Assembly (NCBI GenBank): GCA_049516875.1
Contig: JBEKSS010000004.1
Location: 107,371-171,370, forward strand
Length of the DNA: 64,000 nucleotides
From: Candidatus Bathyarchaeia archaeon
Lineage (GTDB): Archaea > Thermoproteota > Bathyarchaeia > Bathyarchaeales > Bathycorpusculaceae
Direction of reading: 5' to 3'
This document shows, in pieces, positions 1-10,191 of this stretch. How positions within the stretch are numbered: the first letter of the stretch is position 1; the number at the start of each line of letters is the position of its first letter. The notes under the pieces are model-generated. The model ran no database searches, was not told the origin of the DNA, and saw nothing but the letters and a program-made list of their open reading frames with translations. Both the position numbers and the translations under genes were made by a program.

Positions 1-686
1 CCATTCTTGAAAGCCCTGTACAAGCGACTGCACAAGGTGGGAAACGCGTTTCCAATCGCTATCACTGCGCCCCTTCCCCCTGACAGCAGCGTGGGTAGCG
101 TTACGTCGGCTGTTCCGGCCAAAACTGAAATTTTGGTGCCTGTTAACCTCACGGTTTCTATTATGGTGCCGATGTTTCCGCTGCTGTCTTTGACTCCGAT
201 TATCTTTTCGTTTTCTGCCGCAAGTTCGTGAATGAAGGTCGGTTCTAAGGAGACGCCGGTGAACTTGGGAACGTTGTAGACTACTATAGGAATGTCGACG
301 TTTTCTGAGAGGGTTCGGTAGTGCTCGTGGATTTCCTTGTTTGAGAGTTTGAAGTAGAATGGTGTCACGACAAGGGCGGCGTCGGCACCTAAGTCGGCAG
401 CGTCCCTGGTGAACGTGATGGTCTCTTGCGTGCTCATGCTACCTGTACCGGCTATCACGGGAACCTTTCCATTGGCTTCATCCATGACGGTTTCAATAAC
501 CTTCATCCTCTCCTGCCGAGAAAGGTAGGGGGCTTCGCCGTTGCTGCCGCAGGGCACCAGTCCTGAAACTCCGCCTTCTAACCAAAACCGCACACACGCC
601 CTAAGCGCCTTGACATCAAGTCGACCGTTACGTGTGAAGGGGGTGACGCCTGGCACGAACATTCCATTCAAAACAAGCATGGGCAT
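1..686 (-). CDS. dapA: 4-hydroxy-tetrahydrodipicolinate synthase (runs off the window's left edge)
   Basis: Manual minus-strand translation: MLVLNGMFVPGVTPFTRNGRLDVKALRACVRFWLEGGVSGLVPCGSNGEAPYLS...VIAGTGSMST...VTPFYFK...YNVPKFTG...IIGVKDSSG. These are DHDPS motifs, including the Schiff-base Lys. Absent from the ORF track because it has no stop in the window. Confidence 0.85.
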   Translation of the reverse strand, partial: MPMLVLNGMFVPGVTPFTRNGRLDVKALRACVRFWLEGGVSGLVPCGSNGEAPYLSRQERMKVIETVMDEANGKVPVIAGTGSMSTQETITFTRDAADLGADAALVVTPFYFKLSNKEIHEHYRTLSENVDIPIVVYNVPKFTGVSLEPTFIHELAAENEKIIGVKDSSGNIGTIIETVRLTGTKISVLAGTADVTLPTLLSGGRGAVIAIGNAFPTLCSRLYRAFKN

Positions 687-1023
687 ATTCTTTCCACTCG
701 GAACCTAACATGTGAAAATCGTTATATAAACCTACAATCATGGCGCGTATGCTTGTTCCTAAATTCCGTTGAAGAGGCAGGCATGGCGTTTTCCGATGGT
801 CGAGGGTTACTGTCACGGTTCGATTGCGTTCTTGCTTGCTCACACCCTCCCCCCCGGGTATGCTATATGATCCAAATATGGTTGAAGACCAAAATGAGTA
901 GCACAAGCCACTTCCCAAAAGAATTCAGGAGCACGCTAGCGCGCAAAATGCAACTAGACGTTCAGAGAAAACAGCTAAACAACTACGATTTTTGAGCGCG
1001 CTAACATACTCTCGAAAGGTTTA

Positions 1024-1086
1024 ATGTTGAAATTCTAATCCTTGTGTTTGAGTACTCGATCCGTGATTTTTTTTGGCCCTCAAAAT
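1024..1086. repeat. Dispersed ~60-bp repeat, related to the copies at 50010-50220
   Basis: The 19-mer TCCTTGTGTTTGAGTACTC is identical at 1039-1057 and 50027-50045, and both are followed by TCCGTGATTT. Confidence 0.7.
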
Positions 1087-1120
1087 GATGACTTTGCACA
1101 AAGATCAAATCATCAATGCA

Positions 1121-1309
1121 TTACGGTCTCGCAAGAAATATTTCACGTGCATACCTTCTGGCATCCTTCCAGACCAATCTAAACAAGCCAGACTTTGACC
1201 CGAACGATATGGGAACGGCTACGGCGTAGTCGACGTGAAGGGCATAGCCATAGTCGTCTGCTACTTCCACAAAAACGAATAAATCCGGCATCTCTGCTTT
1301 GTGAGACAT
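1121..1309 (-). CDS. small hypothetical protein (possibly a remnant)
   Basis: 62-aa ORF with ATG and an upstream GAGGGG, downstream of tRNA-Val. No recognisable motif. Confidence 0.3.
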   Translation of the reverse strand: MSHKAEMPDLFVFVEVADDYGYALHVDYAVAVPISFGSKSGLFRLVWKDARRYAREIFLARP

Positions 1310-1399
1310 GATTCCCCTCGTTTCGGTCAGTTTCTTCTCTTCTCAGCTTCGTCGGGGAGCTAGAGAAAGAAAACAGGTTATCATTCCGCAGGAGATAGG

Positions 1400-1474
1400 T
1401 GGGCCGGACCGGACTCGAACCGGCGACCTTTGGCTCGTAAAGCCAATGTCCTAACCAAGCTAGACGACCGGCCC
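1400..1474 (-). tRNA. tRNA-Val(TAC)
   Basis: Reverse complement GGGCCGG TC GTCT AGCTTGGTTA GGAC A TTGGC TT TAC GA GCCAA AGGTC GCCGG TTCGAGT CCGGT CCGGCCC A folds as a cloverleaf with anticodon TAC. Confidence 0.95.
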
Positions 1475-1523
1475 ATGTTTCATTAAAGAATGAGGGTTCG
1501 GCTTTAACATTTTTCCCGAGGTT

Positions 1524-2510
1524 CTAAGCGAACTGCTTTTCTGCGAGAATTCTTTCGATGACGTCGACAGGGTTCTGAAGGTCGGCGAGTTTGGCTTTTA
1601 CGTCGACCTTCTTTCCTAACTGTTGCCTTGCACACGCAAGGATTCTCGATGGGTTTACTATGAAGAGGGGGAATCCTTTCTTTGAGAGGTATTCGTTGAC
1701 TTGAAGGCGGCCAAATGCGGATATCACTATGCTTGGGGTTCCTTGCAATGCTGCTTCTCTCGCGATTGTGCCTCCCACGCCCACGACTAGGTCGGATTGT
1801 GCGGCGAGGCTCGCTGAATCTACGAATTCGTGTATAACTATGAACTTTCTGCTCTTCGGTTTGCTGTAGCGTGGAAGGAAAACAACGGTGCCAAGGGAGG
1901 AGAGCTTGTTTGCGACGTCAATTGTGACATCGGTTGTTCCAAGAGCGTACGTTGCTTTCATTTCTGACTGTCTTACCACGATCAAGGGTCTCTTGAATTC
2001 GAATTTTTTCTTTCGGTTAGGGTCTTTTGTCCAGGCAACTTCGTCAACGCCTTTGAACTGGACAATCTTCTGGGTCCCGTATTTTTTGAAGATGGTCTTG
2101 GGAATGGCTTCCGAGATGAGAAGAGTGCTTGCTAGCGGTATCGTCAATCTGTTGACCGCTACGGCGTAAGGCGTGTCAGCTGTCACGATTGTTGGGATTT
2201 TCAAACCAAAAGCTGACCGACATAGCTCGACTGACTGGTGCGAGACGGCCACCTCGGGTGGGTGGTCTTTGAACATCCTTGAAAACTGGAGCATGCGATT
2301 AGCGCTTTCTTCCAAGCGCGTGGAAAGGGATGTTGGATTGTATTTGCCAACGACGATTGGTTTTTCGCCGAGGGTTTTTGCCAAAGCCACAGTGTCAGGG
2401 TGCTCCCTGATTGTGAATATGACCTCGTGACCCAGCTTCCTCAGGCGCCTTGCAATCGCCGTGCCATACCTAACGTGTTTACCGGTACAAGCATCATACC
2501 AAACTTTCAT
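1524..2510 (-). CDS. DUF354-family putative glycosyltransferase (GT-B)
   Basis: N-terminal MKVWYDACTGKHVRY and the GVGGTIAREAALQGTPSI motif are typical of DUF354. Confidence 0.75.
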   Translation of the reverse strand: MKVWYDACTGKHVRYGTAIARRLRKLGHEVIFTIREHPDTVALAKTLGEKPIVVGKYNPTSLSTRLEESANRMLQFSRMFKDHPPEVAVSHQSVELCRSAFGLKIPTIVTADTPYAVAVNRLTIPLASTLLISEAIPKTIFKKYGTQKIVQFKGVDEVAWTKDPNRKKKFEFKRPLIVVRQSEMKATYALGTTDVTIDVANKLSSLGTVVFLPRYSKPKSRKFIVIHEFVDSASLAAQSDLVVGVGGTIAREAALQGTPSIVISAFGRLQVNEYLSKKGFPLFIVNPSRILACARQQLGKKVDVKAKLADLQNPVDVIERILAEKQFA

Positions 2511-2514
2511 CGTT

Positions 2515-3018
2515 TCACCGCAGCCTCTTCTCAACGAAGGCCTTCTTCTTGTCTTCGTACTCCTTCCTTGTCATCATCGGCTTTGATGGAACGTCCTTCA
2601 CCACCGTCGCCGGCGCGACGTTCTTGGTTACTACGCTTCCAGCTGCGACAACTGCGCCTTCGCCGACTGTTACGTTGGGCAGTATCACTGCGCACCCGCC
2701 TATCACAGCGTTGTCCTCTATGGTAGGCGGGGTTAAGCGTACGCTTACTGGAAACTTGTCGTTTAGAAGAGTGCTGTTGGGAGCTATGAACACGTTGTTG
2801 CCGATTTTGCAGCCGTTTGAAATCGTCACGTGGGTCTGTATGTTACAGTTCCTTCCTATTATGACGTTCTTGCCTATGTCACAGAAGCTGCCGATGCGAG
2901 TTTCATCACCGATTCGTGTGTTGTCGCCTATCACAACGTAGTTCCACACAACCACGCCATCGCCGAATCTGACGTTTTTTCCGAGTATTACTCCCTTGCC
3001 CATCGTTGGCTTCGGCAT
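2515..3018 (-). CDS. hexapeptide-repeat N-acetyltransferase (WbpD/WlbB-like)
   Basis: IGDNTRIGDETRIG left-handed beta-helix repeats; NDKFP motif; VVAAGSVVTKNV. Confidence 0.85.
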   Translation of the reverse strand: MPKPTMGKGVILGKNVRFGDGVVVWNYVVIGDNTRIGDETRIGSFCDIGKNVIIGRNCNIQTHVTISNGCKIGNNVFIAPNSTLLNDKFPVSVRLTPPTIEDNAVIGGCAVILPNVTVGEGAVVAAGSVVTKNVAPATVVKDVPSKPMMTRKEYEDKKKAFVEKRLR

Positions 3019-3096
3019 GCTTCCACTCTGCCTTTAGGGTTTTAGAGCGTATGAAGTTTAAATAGTTTGATGGTTCATTTTTTTGCTGCTGGTAGG

Positions 3097-3940
3097 ATGT
3101 GGAAAGAGTTGGTGGGAGAGAAAGTTTTAGTTGTGGGTCTGGGCGAGGTGGGTCGGCCGTTGTTTGATTTGCTGAAAGAAAACGGACGGTTTACCGTTTA
3201 TGGCCTTGATACAGACAGTGCCAAGATGCGCGAGGTTGGACAGAGTCAAAGTGAGCTACCCTCCGAAGTGGATGTAATGCACGTCTGCCTTCCATGCAAT
3301 GAACAAGACAAATTCGTCAGCATAGTCGTGGGCTACGCGAAAAAGTTCAGCCCCAGACTGTTAATCATCAACAGCACTGTTCCTCCCGGGACAACACTCG
3401 AAGTGAGCAAACACTGCAGATGCCTTGCTGCCCATTCTCCAGTTCGCGGAGTGCACAAGAGGCTTGGAGCACACGAAGTGGGAACTGAAACGTTGGACAA
3501 AATACGTCGGCGGCGTGGATGCAAAGTCAGCGAAAGCCGCCAGCAAGCATTTCCAGAGGCTGGGCTTGAAGATCAAGATCTTGAGAATCCCGTTGGAAAC
3601 AGAGTTGGCAAAACTGTTTGAGACCACTTATAGGGCCTGGATGATCACGTGTTTCCAGGAAATGCACAGAATCTCCAGGCATTTCGATGCACACTTTGAC
3701 GATGTGGCGGATTTCATCGAGGACACGCATCGTGTGAGATTCGACAGGCCCGTGATGTTTCCAGGAGTAATCGGCGGACACTGCATCATCCCCAACACCG
3801 AACTGCTGCTCGGAAGTTACGACTCTGAACTGTTGCGTTACATCTTAAAATCCAATGAAGAGCGAAAAAAGGAAATGAAGGACAAAACTGTTTGTGAAGA
3901 AGTGATAGAGGTAAAAAGAAGATTAGAGAAGGAAACCTGA
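3097..3940 (+). pseudogene. NDP-sugar (UDP-ManNAc/GDP-mannose type) dehydrogenase, frameshifted
   Basis: VVGLGEVG...IINSTVPPGTT...HSPVRGVHK in one frame continues as LEHTKWELKRWTKYVGG...ELAKLFETTYR...IGGHCIIPN in another. One extra G near 3461. Confidence 0.8.
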
Positions 3941-4157
3941 CATCACCAGTTGATTTTCAAGCCCACACATTAGTTGCTCCTCTCTCTTGTGCAGAGAGAA
4001 GAGTTTTCTGATTCTTGCTCTTGCGGCTTGTCTTCTTCTGCATCTGAGCTTGGTGCCTCTTGATTCCCTCTACCGTAGCTTCTACGTCGTGTGTCGCATC
4101 TACTACGCACAAAACGCCAAAACCGCGGCATGATTTATCTTCATTTATGGTGAGGAA

Positions 4158-4760
4158 TTGAGAGTTAAATATGGTTGGGACCTACAGTATCCTGACGCGG
4201 GGTATTGGGATTCCCGAACACCATTGCATATGGGTATGCCGAGATTTTTTCATTTCTACCAAGACCTAAATGATAAAAAGCTTAGAATATTCCTTACTAA
4301 AGAAAGAAAAAAGAAAGATAGAATTTTGGATGCAGGGTGTGGAGAAGGAAGATTCGTTGCTTATGCAGACGTAGGTGTGGATTTTAGCAAAGGTATGCTT
4401 CAAAGAGCCAAAAGACGCCATCAAGATGGAAGTTTTGTTCGCGCTTCGCTTTTGCATCTGCCTTTTGGAGACAAGGCATTTTCGACCGCCTTTACAGTAG
4501 ATGTTTTGCTGCATATCCCACCGGAAAAAAGGAAGGACGCCTCAAGAGAGCTGAATAGAGTTTCAGATAATTGTTACCATTTTTTGGCTGAACACAGAAC
4601 TGTCACCCCTTTTATATTTGAACTCTTCAAAACGTTACCTTCTAAGCTTTTCGGGCGGTTAATCCCGTACATAACTGTATTTTTTGCATTTCAATTCGAT
4701 AGACTCAGAAAGCTAGAAATTGATTCGGAGCCTGAAGTACTAAAAAAGTTGGCGAGTTGA
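4158..4760 (+). CDS. class I SAM-dependent methyltransferase
   Basis: ILDAGCGEG, GVDFSKGML, LPFGDKAFS and VLLHI motifs. Confidence 0.85.
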   Translation: MRVKYGWDLQYPDAGYWDSRTPLHMGMPRFFHFYQDLNDKKLRIFLTKERKKKDRILDAGCGEGRFVAYADVGVDFSKGMLQRAKRRHQDGSFVRASLLHLPFGDKAFSTAFTVDVLLHIPPEKRKDASRELNRVSDNCYHFLAEHRTVTPFIFELFKTLPSKLFGRLIPYITVFFAFQFDRLRKLEIDSEPEVLKKLAS

Positions 4761-4838
4761 TTCTCCTGCTAATCAGAATTTGTTGCGGAGAACACATGTG
4801 TCTGATACATTTTTAGTTCTTGTGCAAGTCTTCAGTTG

Positions 4839-5855
4839 TTACATTATTTTCGATATTTCTTCAGTAAGCCTCTTTTCTCTGATTTCTAGAGAAAAATATT
4901 CTTGAATTCTTTTTCTTGCCTTTTCCCCTAAATCAGAATTTAAAGCTTCTTTCACCGCACTTGCTGTCGCCTTGGGATTGTTATAAGGTACATAAAAACC
5001 AGTGTCAGCCACAATCTCAGGAAGAGAGTATAATCTCGTAACCACGGGAACGCATTGACAAGACATAGCCTCAGCCAATGCTACCCCGAAACTTTCTTGG
5101 GTTGAAAGCTGGCAATACACTTTAGCTCTTCCGTAATAATCTAGTAGCTGTTCATCAGAGACATATCCTCTAAAAACGACATTACGACCAGCTATTTGTT
5201 TAAGATGTTCAACAGAGTCATCGTATTTTCCAAGGAGTGCAAAAGTGGCTTCAGGCACATACTTAGAAGCTTCAACGAAAGTATCCAACCTTTTTTTGTT
5301 TATCGTAGATTCAGATATTGTACCGACTGTTATGACCAGGTTCTCTTTCTTTCCCGAAGGACTGAACTTTTCTGTGTCGACACAATTGTAAACCAAGCTG
5401 AGATTTTTAGGCTTAGCGAAAAACAAGATTTCTCTAATGCTAGACTTAGAAACAGCCAAGATTTTACTTGCATTCTCTAGTATGAACTTGACTTCAAAAC
5501 GACCATACGGGGACAACAAAAGTCCGTAGTTTATCTCTGGAACACAAGCCACTTCATATCCACCAATGACTATTATGCTCTTCTTTCGTAGAAGTTTACA
5601 GAAAAGTACGATAAAAAAGCCATCCAAGGTAGCCCACCAAGAAAAAGCTACATCGCACCACAAGATACCTTTAAGCAATTTAAGAAACGCAAGAGGGCTC
5701 CTACCTCTTTCAGGAACGAGAAACGTTGTAATCTTCAGCTTCTTAACATTGAAATGTCTTTCGATTATCTCCATATCTCTGAGAACAAACGAAGACAAAC
5801 TTGAATAAACGAAGAGAATCTTCGGTCTCTCTTTTACACTCAACACATGCATCAC
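4839..5855 (-). CDS. GT4 glycosyltransferase
   Basis: YNCVDTEKF and ESFGVALAEAMSC (EX7E) motifs. Confidence 0.9.
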   Translation of the reverse strand: MMHVLSVKERPKILFVYSSLSSFVLRDMEIIERHFNVKKLKITTFLVPERGRSPLAFLKLLKGILWCDVAFSWWATLDGFFIVLFCKLLRKKSIIVIGGYEVACVPEINYGLLLSPYGRFEVKFILENASKILAVSKSSIREILFFAKPKNLSLVYNCVDTEKFSPSGKKENLVITVGTISESTINKKRLDTFVEASKYVPEATFALLGKYDDSVEHLKQIAGRNVVFRGYVSDEQLLDYYGRAKVYCQLSTQESFGVALAEAMSCQCVPVVTRLYSLPEIVADTGFYVPYNNPKATASAVKEALNSDLGEKARKRIQEYFSLEIREKRLTEEISKIM

Positions 5856-6098
5856 TGTGTTCTCTCTTACATTATGGTAGCGTAAAATGTCTTAATTGTA
5901 TATTAATTGGTTCTTCATTCACTCACCCAAGCTATTGCCATTCTAGAACCTGTTTCAGTAGATTCATCTTAGTTTCTAAGTCAAACGAGCGATTGGTTGG
6001 AAGTAATAGCAGTGAGGTATTTAAGAAGGAGAGCATCTCAATTATGCTCTCCCACGGGCAAACATAAGTACTACTGGAAAACGCAAGGTAGGCCCTAA

Positions 6099-7211
6099 AT
6101 GCGGATATGCTATTTGGCAAATGCAGCAAGTGTTCACACACACAGATGGACACGGTACTTCGTTGAAAGGGGACACGAAGTCCATGTGATCTCCTTCGAA
6201 AACGCCCAAATCGCAGGGGCCATCGTCCACGTTTTGAAACTTCCACTGCTCGTTAGAAGCGCCACTTTCCCCCTCAAAATAGCATCTATCTACAGAATAA
6301 GAGCTCTAATCAAGAGAATAGAACCAGACATCCTGCACGCACATTACGTAACTAACTATGGACTTTTCGGCGCTCTGTGCAACTTCAGACCTTTCGTAAT
6401 CACAGCCTGGGGTTCAGATGTTTTAATCGTTCCCGAAGCGCGCCTTATATCAACCATAAAGGGGTTCATTGCGAAATACACGCTGAAAAAGGCGGATTCA
6501 ATAACGTGCGATGCTCGCCACATGAAGGACGCCATGGTGAGGCTTGGGGTTTCTCCAGACAATGTTAACATCATCTTCTTCGGGGTTGACACTAGAAAAT
6601 TCAGTCCCGGACAGAAAAGTGAAACACTTAGAGCCCAATTGGGCGTTTATGACTCGCCTGCCGTCATAAGCCTAAGAAATCTTGAATCTATATATGACAT
6701 CGAATCGTTGATCAAGTCCGCACCTTTAGTGCTGAAGGAAATTCCCAGAACAAAGTTCATAATCGCTGGAAAAGGTTCTGAAGAAAAAAAACTGAGAGAG
6801 CTAGCCAAATCTTTAGGCGTTTCAGAAAGCGTGAAGTTCATCGGTTTCATACAAAACGATAAACTCCCCGAGTATTTGAATTCCATGGACGTGTACGTTT
6901 CCACATCTCTCTCAGACGCTGGAATTGCAGCCAGCACGGCAGAAGCGATGGCTTGCGGACTGCCAGTGATTGTTACTGATGCTGCTGATAACAGAATGTG
7001 GGTAGAGGAAGGTGTGAACGGATTTGTTATTCCGGTAAGAGATCCGAAATTGTTGGCTGAAAGAATTATCCATTTATTGAAAAACGAAGACATAAGAAGG
7101 AGATTTGGAGATATTAACAGAAAAGTGATCGAGGAGAGAAACAATTATTATAAAGAGATGGCGAAGATGGAAGAGATTTACAAAAAACTAGTCGAGGAGT
7201 ATGAAAAATGA
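6099..7211 (+). CDS. GT4 glycosyltransferase
   Basis: PDILHAHY, WGSDV, GVDTRKF and EAMACGLPVIVTD motifs. Confidence 0.9.
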   Translation: MRICYLANAASVHTHRWTRYFVERGHEVHVISFENAQIAGAIVHVLKLPLLVRSATFPLKIASIYRIRALIKRIEPDILHAHYVTNYGLFGALCNFRPFVITAWGSDVLIVPEARLISTIKGFIAKYTLKKADSITCDARHMKDAMVRLGVSPDNVNIIFFGVDTRKFSPGQKSETLRAQLGVYDSPAVISLRNLESIYDIESLIKSAPLVLKEIPRTKFIIAGKGSEEKKLRELAKSLGVSESVKFIGFIQNDKLPEYLNSMDVYVSTSLSDAGIAASTAEAMACGLPVIVTDAADNRMWVEEGVNGFVIPVRDPKLLAERIIHLLKNEDIRRRFGDINRKVIEERNNYYKEMAKMEEIYKKLVEEYEK

Positions 7212-8167
7212 GAATCCTAATAACGGGCGGGGCAGGGTTCATAGGAAGTTACCTCTGCGAGAAATACACCAAAGAAGGACACACGGTCCTGTGCTTGGAC
7301 AATTTCCTGAGCGGGAACCTACTGAACGTGAGACACCTATTGATTCACCGAAATTTCAAGCTCATAGAAGGCGATATTCTAGATTTTAACCTTCTAGAAA
7401 GAATAAGCCGCGATGTAGACGCAATTTTCCATCTAGCAGCTCAGATCCACGTGGACAGGTCCTATGTTGAGCCTCGCCTTACTTACGAGATAAACGTGAT
7501 GGGAACACAGAACATCTTGGAAGTTGCAAGGATATACGACGTTAAGAAGGTCATTCACACTTCTACGAGTGAGGTATACGGTTCAGCCCAGTATGTGCCC
7601 ATAGACGAGAAGCATCCTCTAGACGCTCCACACCCCTACGGAGCCAGCAAAATAGCTGCGGACAGAATGTGCCATGCATACGTCACGACGTATGGTATGA
7701 ACATCTCTATACCGAGGTTTTTCAACATCTTCGGTCCTAGGCAAAGAGACATCGGATACGGTGGAGTGATATCCATATTTACCCGAAGAGTTCTGAATGA
7801 CATGCCACCGATCATTTATGGAGATGGCAAGCAAACAAGAGATTACACTTACGTGGAGGACTCCGTCAGAGCTTTCGATTTAATTCTTAACCACAATTCG
7901 AGAATCGATCCTATTAACATCGGTACTGGAAAGGAAGTAAGTATAATCGATTTAGCCAACCTGATCATTGGTTTATGTGGCAAAAAAGGGAAGATAAAAC
8001 CCGTCCATGTAGAGCCAAGAATCGGAGAAGTGAAAAAGCTAATCGCCGACAGAACTAGAGCCAAAGAAGTCTTGGGATGGGAACCTAAGTATAACTTGAA
8101 AGACGGCCTGAGCAATTTCATCCAATGGTACAAGAATTACGGACTAGAGGAGCGAATCAAGCTGTGA
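7208..8167 (+). CDS. NDP-sugar 4,6-dehydratase/epimerase (extended SDR)
   Basis: TGGAGFIG, HLAAQIHVDRS, STSEVYG, YGASK and QTRDYTYVED motifs. Confidence 0.9.
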   Translation: MRILITGGAGFIGSYLCEKYTKEGHTVLCLDNFLSGNLLNVRHLLIHRNFKLIEGDILDFNLLERISRDVDAIFHLAAQIHVDRSYVEPRLTYEINVMGTQNILEVARIYDVKKVIHTSTSEVYGSAQYVPIDEKHPLDAPHPYGASKIAADRMCHAYVTTYGMNISIPRFFNIFGPRQRDIGYGGVISIFTRRVLNDMPPIIYGDGKQTRDYTYVEDSVRAFDLILNHNSRIDPINIGTGKEVSIIDLANLIIGLCGKKGKIKPVHVEPRIGEVKKLIADRTRAKEVLGWEPKYNLKDGLSNFIQWYKNYGLEERIKL

Positions 8168-9168
8168 ATAAAAAGGAGCAAGACTTGCTCGCCTTAGATG
8201 TCCCCACAAAAATTTTGCATAAAATGTACGTGACCATGGTAAGGATTCGGAAATTCGAGGAGAGAATCGCAGAAATTCTTCTTTCCTCAAAAGAAATCAC
8301 CACGCCCTGCCATTTATACATCGGACAAGAAGCCGTGGCAACAGGAGTGTGTACGGCTCTCAGAAAGGACGACTATGTCCTTAGCACCCACCGCTCCCAC
8401 GGCCATTTTTTAGCCAAAGGCGGCGACCTAAAGGCGTTGATGGCAGAGATTTATTGCAAAAAAACAGGCTGTTCACGAGGTAAAGGCGGCTCGATGCATG
8501 TTGCATCACCCGACGTGGGATTACCGGGAAGCTCTGCCATTGTTGGCGGAACAATACCCATAGCCGCTGGAGCAGCATTGGCCTTCTCCATACAGAACAA
8601 GGACGCTGTATCTGTTGTCTTCTTTGGCGATGGAGCAGTCCATGAGGGAGTGTTCTACGAAACCCTCAACTTCGCTTCCCTCAACAAACTACCTGTTATC
8701 TTCGTCTGCGAGAACAATCTCTACTGCACGCATCTCCCCGTAGCAGCCTGTCTCGCAGACACCGACATTCACAAGAAAGCCAATGTTTTTGCGATGCCAA
8801 GCGTCAGAATCGATGGAAACAACGCGATGGAAGTTTACAAGACGGCAAAGAAGGCAATAGAAGATGCTCGAAGTGGGAAAGGACCCACCTTAATAGAGTG
8901 CATGACTTACAGATGGAAAGGTCACGTTGGACCCAGCGACGATTTAGACAAGGGCCTCAGAAGCAAAGAAGAGTTAGACTACTGGATGAACAGGGACCCG
9001 ATTAGAACAATGGAGAAATTTCTGCTGGAACACAGCATCATGTCCAAGCTGGAAATAAACCACACACACAAAGCTGCTTCAGAAGAGGTGGAGGAAGCCG
9101 TCAAATTCGCAAGAGAAAGCCCGTATCCAGACGAGAATGAGCTTCTCCACAGTGTGTTCAAAACCTAA
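8164..9168 (+). CDS. TPP-dependent dehydrogenase E1 alpha-like subunit
   Basis: HLYIGQEA, THRSHGH, GKGGSMH, the FFGDGA...ENN TPP motif, and TYRWKGH. Confidence 0.9.
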   Translation: MNKKEQDLLALDVPTKILHKMYVTMVRIRKFEERIAEILLSSKEITTPCHLYIGQEAVATGVCTALRKDDYVLSTHRSHGHFLAKGGDLKALMAEIYCKKTGCSRGKGGSMHVASPDVGLPGSSAIVGGTIPIAAGAALAFSIQNKDAVSVVFFGDGAVHEGVFYETLNFASLNKLPVIFVCENNLYCTHLPVAACLADTDIHKKANVFAMPSVRIDGNNAMEVYKTAKKAIEDARSGKGPTLIECMTYRWKGHVGPSDDLDKGLRSKEELDYWMNRDPIRTMEKFLLEHSIMSKLEINHTHKAASEEVEEAVKFARESPYPDENELLHSVFKT

Positions 9169-9208
9169 CATGTGAAAGGCGAGCTATGGAACCAAGGTGT
9201 GAATTACC

Positions 9209-10189
9209 CTGCCAAAAACCACCTACGCCGAAGCGATCAATGAGGCTTTGCACCAAATAATCGCAAGGGAACCACGGGCATTCTTGATTGGACAAGGAGT
9301 CACCAGTCCATGGTACGTCGGAAGCACCACCGTCGACCTCCTCACTCGATTTGGCCCCAAGAGAATAATAGATACGCCAACATCTGAAAATGGCATAACA
9401 GGTGTCGCACTGGGTGCAGCTTTGGCGGGAATGCACCCCATTTTATGCTTTCCAAGAATGGACTTCATGTATTACGCGATGGACCAGATAGCAAATCACA
9501 TCGCAAACTGGCACTACATGTTCGGAGGACAACTAAGCGCGCCAATAACACTCTGGGCAATCATCAACAGAGGAGGCGAACAGGCAGCACAGCACTCACA
9601 GGCAACGCAAGCCATTTTCATGCACATTCCAGGTCTCAAAGTTGTCATGCCGAGCACACCGTATGATGCTAAAGGGCTTCTCGTAGCTAGCATAAAAGAG
9701 GAGAATCCAGTAGTCTATATTGATGACCGCTGGTTGTATCAGCTTGTTGGGGAAGTTCCGGAAGAGCTGTACTCCGTGCCAATTGGGAAAGGCGTTGTTA
9801 GACGCAAAGGCAAAGATGTGACTGTGGTGGGAACTTCTTACATGGTTTACGAGGCAATCAAGGCTTCCGAGAGCCTTGAAAGCGAAGGCATCGGTGCGGA
9901 AGTGATAGACTTACGCTCGCTCAAACCGTTAGACGAGAATCTGCTGTTTAATTCGGTGAGAAAAACTGGAAGACTGGTCGTTGTGGATGGTGGATGGAGA
10001 ACTTCTGGCGTTGCTGCCGAAATCTCTGCTAGAGTTGCAGAAAATGACGCCTTCAAGTCGTTGAAAGCCCCCATTATTCGGGTTACATTACCAGATACTC
10101 CTGCACCTGCCAGCTCGGTGCTGGAAAAGATTTATTATCCCGGAGCAGAAAAAATCATGGCGGCTGTAAGAGAGGTCTTGGAGAAATAG
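9209..10189 (+). CDS. TPP-dependent dehydrogenase E1 beta-like subunit (probable CTG start)
   Basis: TYAEAINEAL, DTPTSENG, AQHSQ, PSTPYDAKGLL, IDLRSLKPLD. The only in-frame start upstream of TYAEAI is CTG 9209, which follows an AGGTGTGA RBS. Confidence 0.9.
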   Translation: MPKTTYAEAINEALHQIIAREPRAFLIGQGVTSPWYVGSTTVDLLTRFGPKRIIDTPTSENGITGVALGAALAGMHPILCFPRMDFMYYAMDQIANHIANWHYMFGGQLSAPITLWAIINRGGEQAAQHSQATQAIFMHIPGLKVVMPSTPYDAKGLLVASIKEENPVVYIDDRWLYQLVGEVPEELYSVPIGKGVVRRKGKDVTVVGTSYMVYEAIKASESLESEGIGAEVIDLRSLKPLDENLLFNSVRKTGRLVVVDGGWRTSGVAAEISARVAENDAFKSLKAPIIRVTLPDTPAPASSVLEKIYYPGAEKIMAAVREVLEK

Positions 10190-10191
10190 CC

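Noticed and set aside
690-1474. Integrated element at the tRNA-Val 3' end
   Set aside because: No duplicated tRNA 3' end and no integrase found. Only fragments and an imperfect T-rich hairpin (1330-1374) that is probably the tRNA terminator.
3440-3480. Programmed frameshift in the NDP-sugar dehydrogenase (and the GNAT at 61576)
   Set aside because: No slippery heptamer or long homopolymer; a single extra G fits mutation or sequencing error.
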